NCBI GenBank assembly: GCA_963786105.1
Contig: CAWAXX010000012.1
Location: 194,999 to 258,998, forward strand
DNA from: Vulcanimicrobiota bacterium
Lineage (GTDB): Bacteria; Vulcanimicrobiota; Vulcanimicrobiia; Vulcanimicrobiales; Vulcanimicrobiaceae
Direction: 5' to 3'
DNA: 64,000 bases
Under the pieces are notes generated by a model. The model saw nothing but the letters and a program-made list of their open reading frames with translations, was not told the DNA's origin and searched no databases. The stretch's first letter is position 1. Every line of letters begins with the position of its first letter. Both the position numbers and the translations under genes were made by a program. Positions 1 through 11,145 of this stretch are shown piece after piece.

Positions 1-1
1 T

Positions 2-349
2 CCGCGCGAGCGCGAGCGGCACCATCCACCAACCGCGTATCCGCGATTTTCCACGCGCGCGCTGGCGCAGACGCTCCTAATTGGCGACGACGTGTACGCC
101 GGCGCGCGGCTCCGGGCACCGAGCGCCGAGCGCATCGTTACCGTCGTGAACCGCACCGACCCGGCCGTAAATAACGAAGTTACGCAGCAGGTTTCGCTCG
201 AGTGGAGTGGATGGAATCCGGGCGGCGTCGAGTACGTCGAGTTGCGCGGTCTTCCGGAAAACCACGACATCGTCGATCCGCACAACCCGCTCGCTCGTAC
301 CGGTCAGGTCTATCCGCGCCTATTGAAGGCCCTCGGCGTCGCAGAATAA
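2..349 (+). CDS. Partial CDS (C-terminus), probable alpha/beta-fold hydrolase
   Basis: Frame is open from the window edge (…AYPRFSTRALAQ…DPAVNN…ENHDIVDP…) to TAA at 349. Asp/His spacing resembles an alpha/beta hydrolase C-terminus. Confidence 0.45.
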   Translation, partial: PRERERHHPPTAYPRFSTRALAQTLLIGDDVYAGARLRAPSAERIVTVVNRTDPAVNNEVTQQVSLEWSGWNPGGVEYVELRGLPENHDIVDPHNPLARTGQVYPRLLKALGVAE

Positions 350-361
350 AAAACCGTCATC

Positions 362-1729
362 GTGACCTCCCGTTCCCGCAACGCTTTAAGGCAAGCGCTT
401 GCTTCGTTCGCGGTGCTTGTGCCGACCGCGTGCTCGTACGGCTCGCATTTCGTTTCGCCGCACTCGACGGTCGCGTCGCTCGTTCCCGGCTACGCGAGCG
501 CGGGCGGCAGTTCAACCGGTGCGGGCAAGATCGAGCACGTCGTCATCGTCGTGCAAGAGAATCGCAGCTTCGACGATCTCTTTGCGGGCTATCCCGGCGC
601 CGATACCGTTTCGAGCGGGAAAACGAAGGCGGGGAAAACTCTCGCGCTCAAGCCCGTAAGCCTGACGACTCAATACGACATCGATCACTCGGCGACTGCG
701 ATGTTCGCCGCTTGCGACGGCACCGGCAAAGTGCCGGGTACGAAGTGCAAGATGGACGCTTTCGATCAAGAGCAACAGCTCGGAGGGCCGCGGAACGGCC
801 AGTACGTCTACGTTCCGCATAACGAAACCAAGCCGTATTTCGACATGGCGCACGAGTGGGTGCTGGCCGACCGCATGTTCCAGTCGCATTTGGACGAGAG
901 CTTCGTCTCGCATCAATACATCATCGCGGGGCAGGCACAGTCCAGTGTCAACGTACCGTTCGTTCCCGAATGGGGGTGTGACGGGAAGCACAGCTTCGTC
1001 CAGACGATTCGCAAAGGTCGCAGGTTCGGAAGCCCCCAGCGAACCTGCTTCGACTACCCGACGCTGGGCGACGAACTCGATAGCGCGAACCGTTCGTGGC
1101 GCTTCTATGCGAGTAAAATTAACGATCCGGCCGACGGCGTGTGGTCGGGTTATCAGGCGGTTCGCCACATCCGCTTCGGACCCGACTGGAAGAAGGACGT
1201 CATTACGCCGCAGAAACGGTTTCTGCGCGACGTTGCCGGTGGCTCGCTCGCCAACGTCACGTGGATCACGCCGACGTGCGAAGAGTCGGACCACGTCAAC
1301 TGTGGCGGCGGATTCGGCCCGTCGTGGGTGGCGTCGATTGTCAATGCGGTCGGAAACTCGCCATTTTGGGACGACACCGCAATCTTCGTGATGTGGGACG
1401 ATTGGGGAGGTCTGTACGACCACGTTCCCCCGGCGCATCTCGACGACGACGGGCTCGGGTTTCGCGTACCGCTGCTGGTTATATCACCGTATGCCAAGAG
1501 CGGCTACGTGTCGCACGTTCCCTACGAGCATGGCAGCATTCTGAAGTTCGCCGAGGACGTGTTCGGCCTCGAACGCCTCGCGGCCAGCGACACACGTGCA
1601 AACTCTCCCGCCGGCGACTGCTTTGACTTTACGCAGCCGCCCCGCCCATTCGTTCCGATTCAAGCACCGAAGGGTCCGTCGTTCTTTCTCAATCGCGCCG
1701 ACGATCTTCGTCCACCGGACAGCGAGTAG
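362..1729 (+). CDS. Secreted phospholipase C / phosphoesterase-family protein
   Basis: KIEHVVIVVQENRSFDDLF, WDDWGGLYDHV and GFRVPLLVISPYAK motifs; lipoprotein-like signal (…PTAC). Confidence 0.9.
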   Translation: MTSRSRNALRQALASFAVLVPTACSYGSHFVSPHSTVASLVPGYASAGGSSTGAGKIEHVVIVVQENRSFDDLFAGYPGADTVSSGKTKAGKTLALKPVSLTTQYDIDHSATAMFAACDGTGKVPGTKCKMDAFDQEQQLGGPRNGQYVYVPHNETKPYFDMAHEWVLADRMFQSHLDESFVSHQYIIAGQAQSSVNVPFVPEWGCDGKHSFVQTIRKGRRFGSPQRTCFDYPTLGDELDSANRSWRFYASKINDPADGVWSGYQAVRHIRFGPDWKKDVITPQKRFLRDVAGGSLANVTWITPTCEESDHVNCGGGFGPSWVASIVNAVGNSPFWDDTAIFVMWDDWGGLYDHVPPAHLDDDGLGFRVPLLVISPYAKSGYVSHVPYEHGSILKFAEDVFGLERLAASDTRANSPAGDCFDFTQPPRPFVPIQAPKGPSFFLNRADDLRPPDSE

Positions 1730-1748
1730 TCTTTCGACTGCGGCGCGC

Positions 1749-1825
1749 GTCACTCTGAGCGGAGTCGCGCGCGAGTGTCACTCTGAGCTTCGACTGCGCA
1801 CCTTCGGTGCTCCGTTCAGCATGAC
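1749..1825. repeat. REP-like palindromic element cluster
   Basis: Two GTCACTCTGAGC copies (1749, 1777). The reverse complement of 1788-1825 (GTCATGCTGAACGGAGCACCGAAGGTGCGCAGTCGAAG) matches 36146-36184. Lies between convergent genes. Confidence 0.7.
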
Positions 1826-1862
1826 CCACTACATCCCGACACCTTACACGCTGACGCGCTCG

Positions 1863-3395
1863 TTAAATATAGTGTTTTAGGTCGGGCCATATATCAGAGA
1901 GACTCTTCGACGGTCCGCTGCAGACCATGATGGGGATGTCGCGTTCGTACGAAATAACCCACGGGGGATTCGATCGCGCCGCCAGCCGGGCATCGCGGTA
2001 CAGTCGCTTCGAGGCGCCGCAATCGCCGTTCACGTCGACGACGACGCTTCCCGAGAAGCCATGCGTGCCCCACAGCCAATAGTTATTGTGTCCGGACAGC
2101 GCCGGCGGCAGGCCGTAGGCTTTTCCGAAGAAATCGATTGCGGCGGCTTCGCCGTAGTTGTCGGCAACGATCGCCGCCTGCGCGCGGCGATCCGGCGGCA
2201 GCGACTGGTAAATGCGTCCCACCGTCGCCACCAGCTCCTGCCAGCCATGCATGTCGGCCCAATCGGATGGCAGATCGGCCGTTTGGTGACGCTCGGTCGC
2301 CATCGACGCTTTGTTGAGATGCAGCACGCGTCCGGCGAACGCGGAGTAATCGACCATCGCCCGTTCTCTGAGAACCGGCAGCGAAAATGGCAAGAAGAAC
2401 AAGCCGGCGGCAACCATCGCCACCGCCAGCGCGGCTTGCAGCGGGATCCAACCTCTCGTCCACGATGCGATTTCGACCGCACCGGCCGCAATGACGATCG
2501 GGTAGACGTCTGCCGGATAGTAGTGCTTACCGTGCAGCGCAATCATGAGCGCGATCAAGATGACGTAGGTAAAACCGAGGAAACGTGCGGGGCCGTTTCG
2601 GACGAGCAGCAAGATTGCGCCGACAATCCATATCGGCGAGAGAAACAGGTTCGTTAACACCAGCTGCTGGAAGAGAAACAGCGGTGGGCTTGCCACGACG
2701 TTCTTCCCGTTTTGTCCGTTACGCAGCAATTCGAGCATCGGAAAGCCGTAATGCGCTTGCCACAGGAAATTCGGCAGGGCGATTAGCGCGGCGACGAGCG
2801 CGCCAGCGACGAACCAGCGCGACCAGAGAATACGCCGTTGAGGCGTCAACGCTAACCCGGCAAACAACGCGACCGCGAAGAACACGGCACTATATTTGCT
2901 TTCGAGGCTGACGCCGACGGCCGCGCCGGCTGGTAGCCACAACCGCGGGTCGCCACCCTTAGCGATGCGCAACACGTACAACGCCGCCAGCGGCCAGAGC
3001 CAGAGGCCGACCATATCGGGGCCGACCTTCATTCCGAAACTCATCAATACGCCGGCAAATAAGAACGCCAAGGCGGCGACGATTTGCGCAAACGCGCCGC
3101 CGCCTAGCTCGACGGCCAACAGGCAGGTAACGTACATGCCGGCCGCGGCAAAAAGCGCGGGTACGGCCCGCAGCAGAAATAACGAGTGACCGAAAAGTTG
3201 TGAGGCCGCCGCTAAGAGCGGAACGACCGGCGGCTGGTCGACGTAACCCCACGCCGGGTGAAAACCGCAGATGATGAAGTACAATTCGTCGCGGAAAAAC
3301 CCGTAGTGCGGATTGCCTACCAAGTGGACGACCAGCGCAACGAGCGCGGCGACGAGCGCGATGCGCCGTCCTTCGACGGCGCTGTTTACCGTCAG
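1863..3395 (-). CDS. GT-C membrane glycosyltransferase (GT39/ArnT/PMT-like)
   Basis: YGFFRDELYF…WGYVDQPP motif and many TM helices. The frame extends upstream of the track's TTG (3323) through a first TM helix to a CTG at 3395 preceded by AGAGGTG. Confidence 0.85.
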   Translation of the reverse strand: MTVNSAVEGRRIALVAALVALVVHLVGNPHYGFFRDELYFIICGFHPAWGYVDQPPVVPLLAAASQLFGHSLFLLRAVPALFAAAGMYVTCLLAVELGGGAFAQIVAALAFLFAGVLMSFGMKVGPDMVGLWLWPLAALYVLRIAKGGDPRLWLPAGAAVGVSLESKYSAVFFAVALFAGLALTPQRRILWSRWFVAGALVAALIALPNFLWQAHYGFPMLELLRNGQNGKNVVASPPLFLFQQLVLTNLFLSPIWIVGAILLLVRNGPARFLGFTYVILIALMIALHGKHYYPADVYPIVIAAGAVEIASWTRGWIPLQAALAVAMVAAGLFFLPFSLPVLRERAMVDYSAFAGRVLHLNKASMATERHQTADLPSDWADMHGWQELVATVGRIYQSLPPDRRAQAAIVADNYGEAAAIDFFGKAYGLPPALSGHNNYWLWGTHGFSGSVVVDVNGDCGASKRLYRDARLAARSNPPWVISYERDIPIMVCSGPSKSLSDIWPDLKHYI

Positions 3396-3405
3396 GATGA
3401 CACCT

Positions 3406-4911
3406 CTACGCGGGGTCGAAGGCGCCGGAAAGAATCATGCTTTCGGAGAGATCGCGGGCTCGGCGGTAGCGCGTCCGCGACTCATCGCTCGCATTCGGCG
3501 GCAGTTCGTCGAGGATGCGTTCGAGTTCTTTATCGAACATCGTGGCGAGGGACGGCGGCGTGTACGCTCCGGGAAAACGCAGGCGCTGTGCGATCATCAG
3601 GCGGTAGATTCGGTCGGTCGCCAGGTCTTCCATGTAGCCGTCGAGCAGGCTGGCGCCCTTGCCCTCGAGGACGCCGTTGCGGTAACGAATGACGGTACGT
3701 ACGGCAGCCCGCGTTCCCTCGAGCGTCGTCGTGCCGACTCCCGCCGGCGCCGGGCGCAGATCGGGGCGGTCGCCGTCGAGCACCGGTCTTCGCTCGATCT
3801 GATTCGGAAACGGGAAGGCCGCGACGGCGATCGCGTTCTGATCGGGGTGACCGGTCCAGGCGCCATCCATCAAGCACGACGCTTCGTTCTTTTTGTCGCG
3901 TTCGAGCACGGCCAACGCGCGCGCGTTCAACTCGGCATCCTCGCGGCTGGGGTAGAGCGCGGTCATACCGCCGATCGCCAGTGCGCCGTGCTTGTGCGTG
4001 ACTTCCGGCAAGATCGTGCGTAGCCGCTGAAAGAAGGGTACGTCGATCGGAATGGTATTTCGGTCGGGAAGCACCCAGCCGGGGTCGGTGAGGTTGAAGT
4101 GGATCAGGCTGGCCATATAGTCCCAGCGCCCTAAGTTCAGTCCCAAAATGTAGTCGTGCAGGTTGAATAGGAACTCTTCCATTTGATACGCGAGCGGATG
4201 AGATTCAACCAGGGCCATGGCCTTGATCGAGCCGGGTTGCCAGCCCGTCGCCGAGACCAGGGCGTCGAACACGGCTTTCCACCAAAGCGCTTCGTCGGCG
4301 GCCTCGGATTTCGGGATGTAGATGCATAACGGGTGTTTGAGGCGCGAAGGCTCGATGCGAAATGCCAGCAGCGCCAGGTCGAAAAGCGACGCACTGGTGA
4401 GTTCGTTCTCAAGAATACCGGATTGCGAAAGATGCAGGCCTCGAACGCGATTCCATACGACGGTATTTCCAGGCGCGATGCCGACCGTGGAACCGCGCTT
4501 CGCATCGTCGTACGTGAGCTCCCCGTAGAGCGCCGCCACGATATTCGAATGACCGAGCATGAGGTGATCCCACGTGTTGGCCATCGAATCTTCGAGATCG
4601 AGCATCACGCCGGGTGCGCCCGAGTTGAGCATCTTGACGACCAACTCGGCGTCGTCGGCCGGCCCGGTCATCTGGTTGCGCTGGTCGGAACACCATGCGG
4701 GCAAATCGATTTGCCACGCGCGGGTCGTTGCATCGGAAGGCGGCAAGTACGTGGGCAAGTCGCCGGCATGCGCTCGTGCGAGACGCTCCGCTCGCGCCTG
4801 CGTTAACCGTCGCTGCTCGGGGGAAAATCGCGCGTGCAGCGGAGCGTAGAACTCTGCGAACCCGACCGGCAAGTCGCGGTCGAGCGCAAAACCGGCGGGA
4901 GCGACGTTCAC
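3406..4911 (-). CDS. aceB: Malate synthase
   Basis: [39 protein letters not shown] and MEDLAT motifs; coupled to aceA. Confidence 0.9.
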   Translation of the reverse strand: MNVAPAGFALDRDLPVGFAEFYAPLHARFSPEQRRLTQARAERLARAHAGDLPTYLPPSDATTRAWQIDLPAWCSDQRNQMTGPADDAELVVKMLNSGAPGVMLDLEDSMANTWDHLMLGHSNIVAALYGELTYDDAKRGSTVGIAPGNTVVWNRVRGLHLSQSGILENELTSASLFDLALLAFRIEPSRLKHPLCIYIPKSEAADEALWWKAVFDALVSATGWQPGSIKAMALVESHPLAYQMEEFLFNLHDYILGLNLGRWDYMASLIHFNLTDPGWVLPDRNTIPIDVPFFQRLRTILPEVTHKHGALAIGGMTALYPSREDAELNARALAVLERDKKNEASCLMDGAWTGHPDQNAIAVAAFPFPNQIERRPVLDGDRPDLRPAPAGVGTTTLEGTRAAVRTVIRYRNGVLEGKGASLLDGYMEDLATDRIYRLMIAQRLRFPGAYTPPSLATMFDKELERILDELPPNASDESRTRYRRARDLSESMILSGAFDPA

Positions 4912-6215
4912 GTAGCGCTGATGGCGGCTTTGCCGTTTTCGTAGAACTGATCGGTCTCGGTCGAGCCTTTCAGCGCGGTGGTCGAGCTGCGCCCTTCGCC
5001 GATGACCGTCGCAACTTCATCGAAGTATCCGGTTCCGACCTCGCGCTGATGCCGGGTCGCGGTGTATCCATCGGCGGCGGCCGCAAACTCATCTTCTTGG
5101 AAGTCGGCATACGCCGTCATGCCGCGCGCTTTGAAATCGTGGGCCAATCGAAAGAAACTGTAGTTAAGCGCATGAAAACCAGCCAGCGTGATGAACTGAA
5201 ACTTATACCCCATCGCGTTGAGCCGTTCGCGAAACGTCGCGATCGATTGTTCGTCGAGTTTCTTCTTCCAGTTGAACGACGGCGAGCAGTTATACGCCAG
5301 CAGCTTGCCGGGATACGCGCTGCGAATAGCCTCGGCAAAACGTTGCGCCTCCTCGAGGCTCGGCTCCGAGGTTTCCATCCATATTAAGTCGGCGTACGGA
5401 GCGTAGGCTAAACCGCGCGCGATGCAAGCGTCCATGCCGGCGCGCATGACGAAAAATCCCTCGGCGGTGCGTTCGCCGGTGATAAACGCGCGGTCGACCG
5501 GGTCGACGTCGCTGGTAATGAGCTTAGCGGCGCCGGCGTCGGTACGCGCGACGACGATCGTCGGTACGTCGAGGACGTCGGCCGCCAGACGCGCGGCCAC
5601 TAAATGACGCACGGCCTGCTGGGTCGGAATCAGCACCTTCCCGCCGAGATGTCCGCATTTCTTTTCCGAGCTGAGCTGATCTTCGAAATGCACGCCGGCC
5701 GCGCCGGCCGTAATCATGGCCTTCATCAACTCGAAGACGTTGAGCGGACCGCCGAAACCGGCTTCCGCGTCGGCCACGATGGGAAGGTACCAGTGCGCGC
5801 CGCCGCGGCCTTCGAGCGACTCGATCTGATCGAGTCGCGACAACGCGTTGTTGATGCGTCCGACGAGCGCCGGGACGCTGTTGACCGGATAAAGACTCTG
5901 GTCGGGATACATCTCGCCGGCGACGTTGGCATCGGCGGCCACTTGCCAGCCGCTGCAATAAACGGCGCTTAAGCCGGCGCGTGCAGCCTGCACCGCCTGA
6001 TTGCCGGTGAGCGCGCCCAGCGCGGTCGTGGCATCCTCCCCTTGGAGCATGTCCCAGAGGCGCTCGGCGCCCATGCGTGCTAGCGTATGCTCGGCCACGA
6101 CGCTGCCTTGAATCCTTACGACGTCGGCGGCGGCGTAACGCCTCTTGACGCCCTTCCAGCGAGTCGCATCGGCCCACTTGCGTTCGATGCCCTCGGCGCG
6201 CTCGGTAGTATTCAC
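4908..6215 (-). CDS. aceA: Isocitrate lyase
   Basis: [11 protein letters not shown] catalytic motif, [30 protein letters not shown]. Confidence 0.97.
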   Translation of the reverse strand: MNTTERAEGIERKWADATRWKGVKRRYAAADVVRIQGSVVAEHTLARMGAERLWDMLQGEDATTALGALTGNQAVQAARAGLSAVYCSGWQVAADANVAGEMYPDQSLYPVNSVPALVGRINNALSRLDQIESLEGRGGAHWYLPIVADAEAGFGGPLNVFELMKAMITAGAAGVHFEDQLSSEKKCGHLGGKVLIPTQQAVRHLVAARLAADVLDVPTIVVARTDAGAAKLITSDVDPVDRAFITGERTAEGFFVMRAGMDACIARGLAYAPYADLIWMETSEPSLEEAQRFAEAIRSAYPGKLLAYNCSPSFNWKKKLDEQSIATFRERLNAMGYKFQFITLAGFHALNYSFFRLAHDFKARGMTAYADFQEDEFAAAADGYTATRHQREVGTGYFDEVATVIGEGRSSTTALKGSTETDQFYENGKAAISAT

Positions 6216-6258
6216 CTCTTACAGCCTCCATCGTGTTTTTAAAGAAAGATCGTCAAGA

Positions 6259-6333
6259 TTGGATCGGTCTGGCACAATCTTTGGACTAATACATTGGATG
6301 GTCCAAAACTGATCGTTGGATGGTTGGTTTGGA
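6259..6333. promoter_or_regulatory. Candidate operator array upstream of aceA
   Basis: TTGGA at 6259, 6281, 6294, 6316 and 6329, including the palindrome TTGGA-TGG-TCCAA (6294-6306), in an AT-rich intergenic region. Confidence 0.5.
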
Positions 6334-6350
6334 CCTGATGCCGGCGATTC

Positions 6351-7853
6351 CTATCGCAGAATCTCGAAAAGCTGGTGATAGGAATCGAGCGGTATCGGCG
6401 CTTCCGCACCCGGAACGTCGCGGACCGCGCGCGGGTTGACCAAGACGAACACGCGTTGGGCCTTTGCCCAGGTTCGATACGCGCCGGTTTGTGCCGGATC
6501 CCATCCCGACACGATGATGCGATCGGGGAGCGAACGATCCGCGTACGCGCCGTAGGCTAACGACGTCGCGTCGAGCCAACCGTCCACCACCAGCACGCTC
6601 CCCGGTGGAACGACCGGTCGTACCGCATCGATGACCCAACGGCCGCCTTCCCGAGCGGCGTGAACGAAAAATCCTCGATGTGCGGTAAACGCGATGCCGG
6701 TCCCGACGGCAAGAAACGCCATGAGACCGGCTCGCACCAAACGCACGCCGACGTCTACCGAGGACCGCACGACGGCGATGGAACCGATCAGCGGTACCGT
6801 CAGCCAAAGTGCCATCAAGCGATAGCGCCCGACGTCGGCTTCGTTCGGGTAGGTAACGGAGAAGATCAGCGCCGTCGTGCAGGCCGTGCACAGGAATAGC
6901 GTCGTGCGCCAATCGCGTTTCCACGCCGCGACCGCGCCGGCCACGACGAGGAGCAAAACCACCGCACCGAACTGTTCGGTAATACCGCCGACGAATGCGC
7001 CTACGGCATCTTGGAGGTGTATCGGATTGAAGGATGCGAGAAAAAAGTGCGGCGCGTCCGATTCGGTGCCTGTCAAGGTGCGAAGAAACCCCGCCGGCGT
7101 GCTGGGATTGTTGTAGTTCCAGAAGATCCCGCCGTTCGTACCAGCGAGCGCGTGGGTAGGATCGAGTCCGCGCGCGACCACGCATGCCGAACGCAGCGGT
7201 AAGTAGAGATACAATGACAACCCGGCGAGCGTCAACGCGAATCCGCCTACGACTTGGCGCAACGCCGGCCGCGGTATTGCCACGACGGCACCGATCGCAA
7301 AACCCGGTAGAAGCCACACGGCATTGGGGTGTGCTGCAACCCCCAGACCGAAGGCTGCGAACGCGCCGGCAAACCAACGATCGCCGCTACCCTTCATCCA
7401 TCGCAGGAATGCGTAGACGGCGACGGCCTCGCAGGCCACGGCGAGGTCCTGCGCTTCGGCGCGCGCGGCGTGCGACCAAACGTCCTGCGTGAACGCAAAC
7501 CACAAAGTCGCGAGCAACGCGATCGGGCGCCACGCACCAAGTTCGACGGCAACCGCGTACGCGACCAGCGCGGCGGCGGCCACCGCAATGCCGGAAAACG
7601 CATTGAGCCGAAAGGCGATCGAGCCGAGCGGCAGCAGATGCGACCACGCGTACCCGAGCAACACGTAGAACGGAAAGCCGGTCGGATGCGTGATGCCGAG
7701 AATGTATGGGACGCCCTGCAACTCGGCCGTGTCCCACGAAGCGGGCTCGTGCGACGCGCTCGCAATGTAGACGACGGCCGGAACCAAAAACGCCGCAACG
7801 TCGCAGAGAAGCCGCGCACTCGGCGCCGCCTTCTCGTGCAACCGCTGCCACAC
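6351..7853 (-). CDS. DUF2723 / GT117 (TMEM260-like) membrane glycosyltransferase
   Basis: WDTAELQ…LGITHPTGFPFYVLLG motif; multi-pass membrane protein. Confidence 0.8.
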   Translation of the reverse strand: MWQRLHEKAAPSARLLCDVAAFLVPAVVYIASASHEPASWDTAELQGVPYILGITHPTGFPFYVLLGYAWSHLLPLGSIAFRLNAFSGIAVAAAALVAYAVAVELGAWRPIALLATLWFAFTQDVWSHAARAEAQDLAVACEAVAVYAFLRWMKGSGDRWFAGAFAAFGLGVAAHPNAVWLLPGFAIGAVVAIPRPALRQVVGGFALTLAGLSLYLYLPLRSACVVARGLDPTHALAGTNGGIFWNYNNPSTPAGFLRTLTGTESDAPHFFLASFNPIHLQDAVGAFVGGITEQFGAVVLLLVVAGAVAAWKRDWRTTLFLCTACTTALIFSVTYPNEADVGRYRLMALWLTVPLIGSIAVVRSSVDVGVRLVRAGLMAFLAVGTGIAFTAHRGFFVHAAREGGRWVIDAVRPVVPPGSVLVVDGWLDATSLAYGAYADRSLPDRIIVSGWDPAQTGAYRTWAKAQRVFVLVNPRAVRDVPGAEAPIPLDSYHQLFEILR

Positions 7854-7859
7854 GATCGC

Positions 7860-10800
7860 TTAGCGACCTCCCAGCGTCGGCAGCGGCAGCGACGGACGCG
7901 TCGAGAGATCCGGGCGCACTTCCGCGTGCCCTTCGAGCGCGCGGTCCATAAGCTCCAACGCCAGATCCAGTTGCGGATCTTTGCCGTCGCGGTAGTCGTG
8001 CGGCGCAACGTCGACGTCGTGGTCGGGGTCCGTGCCGTAGTTCTCAACCCGCCAGCCGACGTCGACGAACCAAAACGAAAACTCCGGCTGCGTCGTGAGC
8101 GTGCCGTCCACGAGATAGTGGTACGGATCGATGCCGATGACGCCGCCCCACGTGCGCTTCCCGACCAGCGGTCCGAGACGGTACAGCTTGAAACAGTGGC
8201 TGAAGATGTCGCCATCCGATCCGGCAAACTGATTGGTCATCGCGACGATCGGGCCGCCGACCGATTCCGGCGGATATGGGACCGGCGCTCCGTAGCGCGG
8301 GGTGTCGTAGCCGACGCGCTTGCGCGCGAGCTTCTCCAAGAGAAGCGACGACACGTGACCGCCGCGGTTATATCGAACGTCGACGATCAGTCCTTGGCGA
8401 TCGAACTCACTGAGATATCCGCGATGGAACTCCGAAAATCCCCACGGTCCCATATCGGGAATATGCAGGTAGCCGACGCGTTCTCCGGTTCGTTGGTGCA
8501 CCGTACGCCGGTTGGCTTCGACCCAGGCACGGTAACGCAGCGCTCCTTCGCTCGCCAGCGCTTTGACCAACACCGTTCGTTCTTCGTCTTTGCGCGAACG
8601 CAGCGTAACCGACACGTCGCGACCCGACGTGTTGACCAAGAGACGATCCGGCGTAACGTCGCGCGACAGGCGTTTTCCGCCGATCGCGACCACGACGTCG
8701 CCTTCGCGCACCGCGAGACCGGGCTCGGCCAACGGCGAATCGGTATCGCGATTCCACGAATCGCCGCGATAGATGTGATCGATGCGGTATCCACTGCGGT
8801 CTTCGTCCCACGTCAGGTCGGCGCCGAGAAAGCCGCGTTGATATTGCGGCGGAACGCGGTAGTCGCCTCCATATTCGTAAGCGTGCGACGTTCCGAGCTC
8901 GCCTTGCATCTCCCAAATAAGATCCGAAAGCTCGCCCCGCGTCCGCACGCGCGGGAGTACCGCACGGTAGCGGTCGTACACGCGGTCCCAGTCGATGTCG
9001 CTCATGTCCTCGACCCAGAACTGCTCGGTCTGCAAGCGCCAAGCTTCGCGATACATCTGCGCCCATTCGTCGCGCGGAACGATCTCCACGTCGGCGCGAT
9101 CGAGGTCGATCCAGCCGCTCTTGCGCCCCGGCTCGGCAGGCGGCTTCTGTTCGTCACCTTCCTCGGGCAGGTCGGCAAGGCCGTCGATGGCGCGCAAACG
9201 ATCCTGCGTGCGGTAGATGACCGTTCGGCCGTCGGCGCTCAAACGAATGTCGTCGCAGTCCGCGGTAATCGTCGCGAGCCGCTGCTGTTCGAAATCGTAG
9301 GCGAGGAGCGAACCTCCGGCCGGCTCTTCACGATCCTCGCGGCGGGTCGGCTTAATTCCCTTGATCGGATAGCGCGTAAAGAGCACGCGATCGCGAAGCG
9401 CCACGATGGTATCGTACTCGCCCTCGTCGACCGGAAATCCGAGCACGCGGCCGGCGATCCCTTCGAAATCGATGTCGACGTCGACGGTTTTGAGAGGCTT
9501 CTTCCCGTCGTCGCGATCGTGGTCGTGGTCGCGATGGATTGGTTTCGGCGGCGGCACGAACGGGGACGGCACGTCGTCGCGCAGCGTCACGACGAATGGA
9601 CGTCCGGCTTGCGGAAAGCTCAACTCGAATTGCAGTGCGTCGTACACGGGATTGAAGTCGCGCGTCGAGATGAAGTAGAGATACTTCCCCTCCGGATCCC
9701 AGACCGGCGACTGGTCGACGCGCAGCGGCGACGTCACGTCGTGGATTTTTCCGGAGCGAACTTTGACGATCCGCACGATGGACGTTCCCTGCGTGGGCCA
9801 CCAGACGTATGCGAGAAATCGGCCGTCGGGCGAGAAGGCGACGTCGTGGATGCGATGTGAGGGGCAGGTGTCGAGAACGCGCACCTTCGCGTCGTCCAGA
9901 TCCAGCACGCACAGTTCGTGACGGTGATTGGCAAACGCAACCACATCGCCGGCCGGCGAGCACGCGAGATCGGTCACGCGTCCAATATCGCCGGTGGTAA
10001 CGAGCTTCGGCGTCTGCGGTGCGTCGGTACGATAGACGGCGATCTGTTCGTAGCCGCCGGCGTCGGTCACGCACGCGAAGCGCTTTCCGTCGCTCAGCCA
10101 CTCCGTGAGGCGCAGACGCGCCGCGCTGCCGGCACCGTGGTGCAGGACGGCACCATCGAAGAGCGGCATCGTGAACGCCTGCCCGCGTGAGACGAAAGCG
10201 AGACGCGTTCCATCCGGATGCGGCGCGAAATGCTCGAGCGACTCCGAAACGCGTTCGAATCGGCGAACCGTCTGCGGCGCCGCCGAATGCGTCTCGATGC
10301 GAAGTTTTCGCACGCCGGCGGCGGCCACGTCGAGGCACCCGATTTCTCCGCCGGCGGAATACACGATGCGACTACCGTCGCTCGAGGGGAACCGAACGTA
10401 GTATTCGGTTTCGTCGGTGTGGCGTTGCACGTCGAGGCCGCCGGCGGCACACGAATAGATATTGCCGATGCCTTCGTGGTCCGCCAGGAAGAAGATGCGG
10501 TCGCCGATCGGCATGGGCCACGTCGGATTTCCGTCGGGTAGCGCAAGCCGCTCGAACGTTCCAGTTCCATTCGAATCGACCCAAATTTCGCCGGCCGTGC
10601 CGCCGCGATAACGCTTCCAGCGGGCAGGATCGGCGGCATTCCGCCCGATCGCCGTTCCGCCCTCGGGCGTCGCCGCGAACGAGCGCGCGTGACCGAGGTT
10701 CAGCTCGCGTACGCCGCCGTTCCGGGTAATGGCGAACGGCCGCGTTTGCTCGTCCCACGTGGTCGGGTTGGCGACGAAATAGATCTCGCTACCGTCGCGA

Positions 10801-11084
10801 CTCCAGCCGCTGACGGCCGCTTGGGCCGCACCCAGAAACGTGAGCCGTTGCGGTACTCCGCCGCTCGCCGGCATAAGGTAGACTTCCGGGTTGCCCTCGT
10901 CCGTCGAGACGAACGCGATCGATTGCCCGTCCGGCGAGAAACGTGGAAACGAACACATGCCGAAACTGACCGTCAAACGCGTGGCGGTTCCACCGTCCGC
11001 CGCGACGCTCCAAAGGTCGTCCTCGCAAACGAAGACGATGCGGTCGCCGGCTATCGTCGGATAGCGATAATATCCCTGGTCCAT
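7860..11084 (-). CDS. Tricorn protease homolog (S41; beta-propellers + PDZ)
   Basis: GYYRYPTI N-terminus, WKRYRGG, GELGTSH, DVRYNRGG, AGSDGD and GKRTWGG; start moved to ATG 11084. Confidence 0.93.
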   Translation of the reverse strand: MDQGYYRYPTIAGDRIVFVCEDDLWSVAADGGTATRLTVSFGMCSFPRFSPDGQSIAFVSTDEGNPEVYLMPASGGVPQRLTFLGAAQAAVSGWSRDGSEIYFVANPTTWDEQTRPFAITRNGGVRELNLGHARSFAATPEGGTAIGRNAADPARWKRYRGGTAGEIWVDSNGTGTFERLALPDGNPTWPMPIGDRIFFLADHEGIGNIYSCAAGGLDVQRHTDETEYYVRFPSSDGSRIVYSAGGEIGCLDVAAAGVRKLRIETHSAAPQTVRRFERVSESLEHFAPHPDGTRLAFVSRGQAFTMPLFDGAVLHHGAGSAARLRLTEWLSDGKRFACVTDAGGYEQIAVYRTDAPQTPKLVTTGDIGRVTDLACSPAGDVVAFANHRHELCVLDLDDAKVRVLDTCPSHRIHDVAFSPDGRFLAYVWWPTQGTSIVRIVKVRSGKIHDVTSPLRVDQSPVWDPEGKYLYFISTRDFNPVYDALQFELSFPQAGRPFVVTLRDDVPSPFVPPPKPIHRDHDHDRDDGKKPLKTVDVDIDFEGIAGRVLGFPVDEGEYDTIVALRDRVLFTRYPIKGIKPTRREDREEPAGGSLLAYDFEQQRLATITADCDDIRLSADGRTVIYRTQDRLRAIDGLADLPEEGDEQKPPAEPGRKSGWIDLDRADVEIVPRDEWAQMYREAWRLQTEQFWVEDMSDIDWDRVYDRYRAVLPRVRTRGELSDLIWEMQGELGTSHAYEYGGDYRVPPQYQRGFLGADLTWDEDRSGYRIDHIYRGDSWNRDTDSPLAEPGLAVREGDVVVAIGGKRLSRDVTPDRLLVNTSGRDVSVTLRSRKDEERTVLVKALASEGALRYRAWVEANRRTVHQRTGERVGYLHIPDMGPWGFSEFHRGYLSEFDRQGLIVDVRYNRGGHVSSLLLEKLARKRVGYDTPRYGAPVPYPPESVGGPIVAMTNQFAGSDGDIFSHCFKLYRLGPLVGKRTWGGVIGIDPYHYLVDGTLTTQPEFSFWFVDVGWRVENYGTDPDHDVDVAPHDYRDGKDPQLDLALELMDRALEGHAEVRPDLSTRPSLPLPTLGGR

Positions 11085-11145
11085 GTCGAGGACGGTCCTT
11101 GGCGATGCGGGAGGCGCCTCCCGCTTCCTACGTGGCCGGGGGCGA

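Noticed and set aside
7329..9860. 843-aa plus-strand ORF (also 16106-17947, 40173-41954 and similar long ORFs)
   Set aside because: Antisense shadows of well-supported genes in high-GC DNA, with no recognisable motifs
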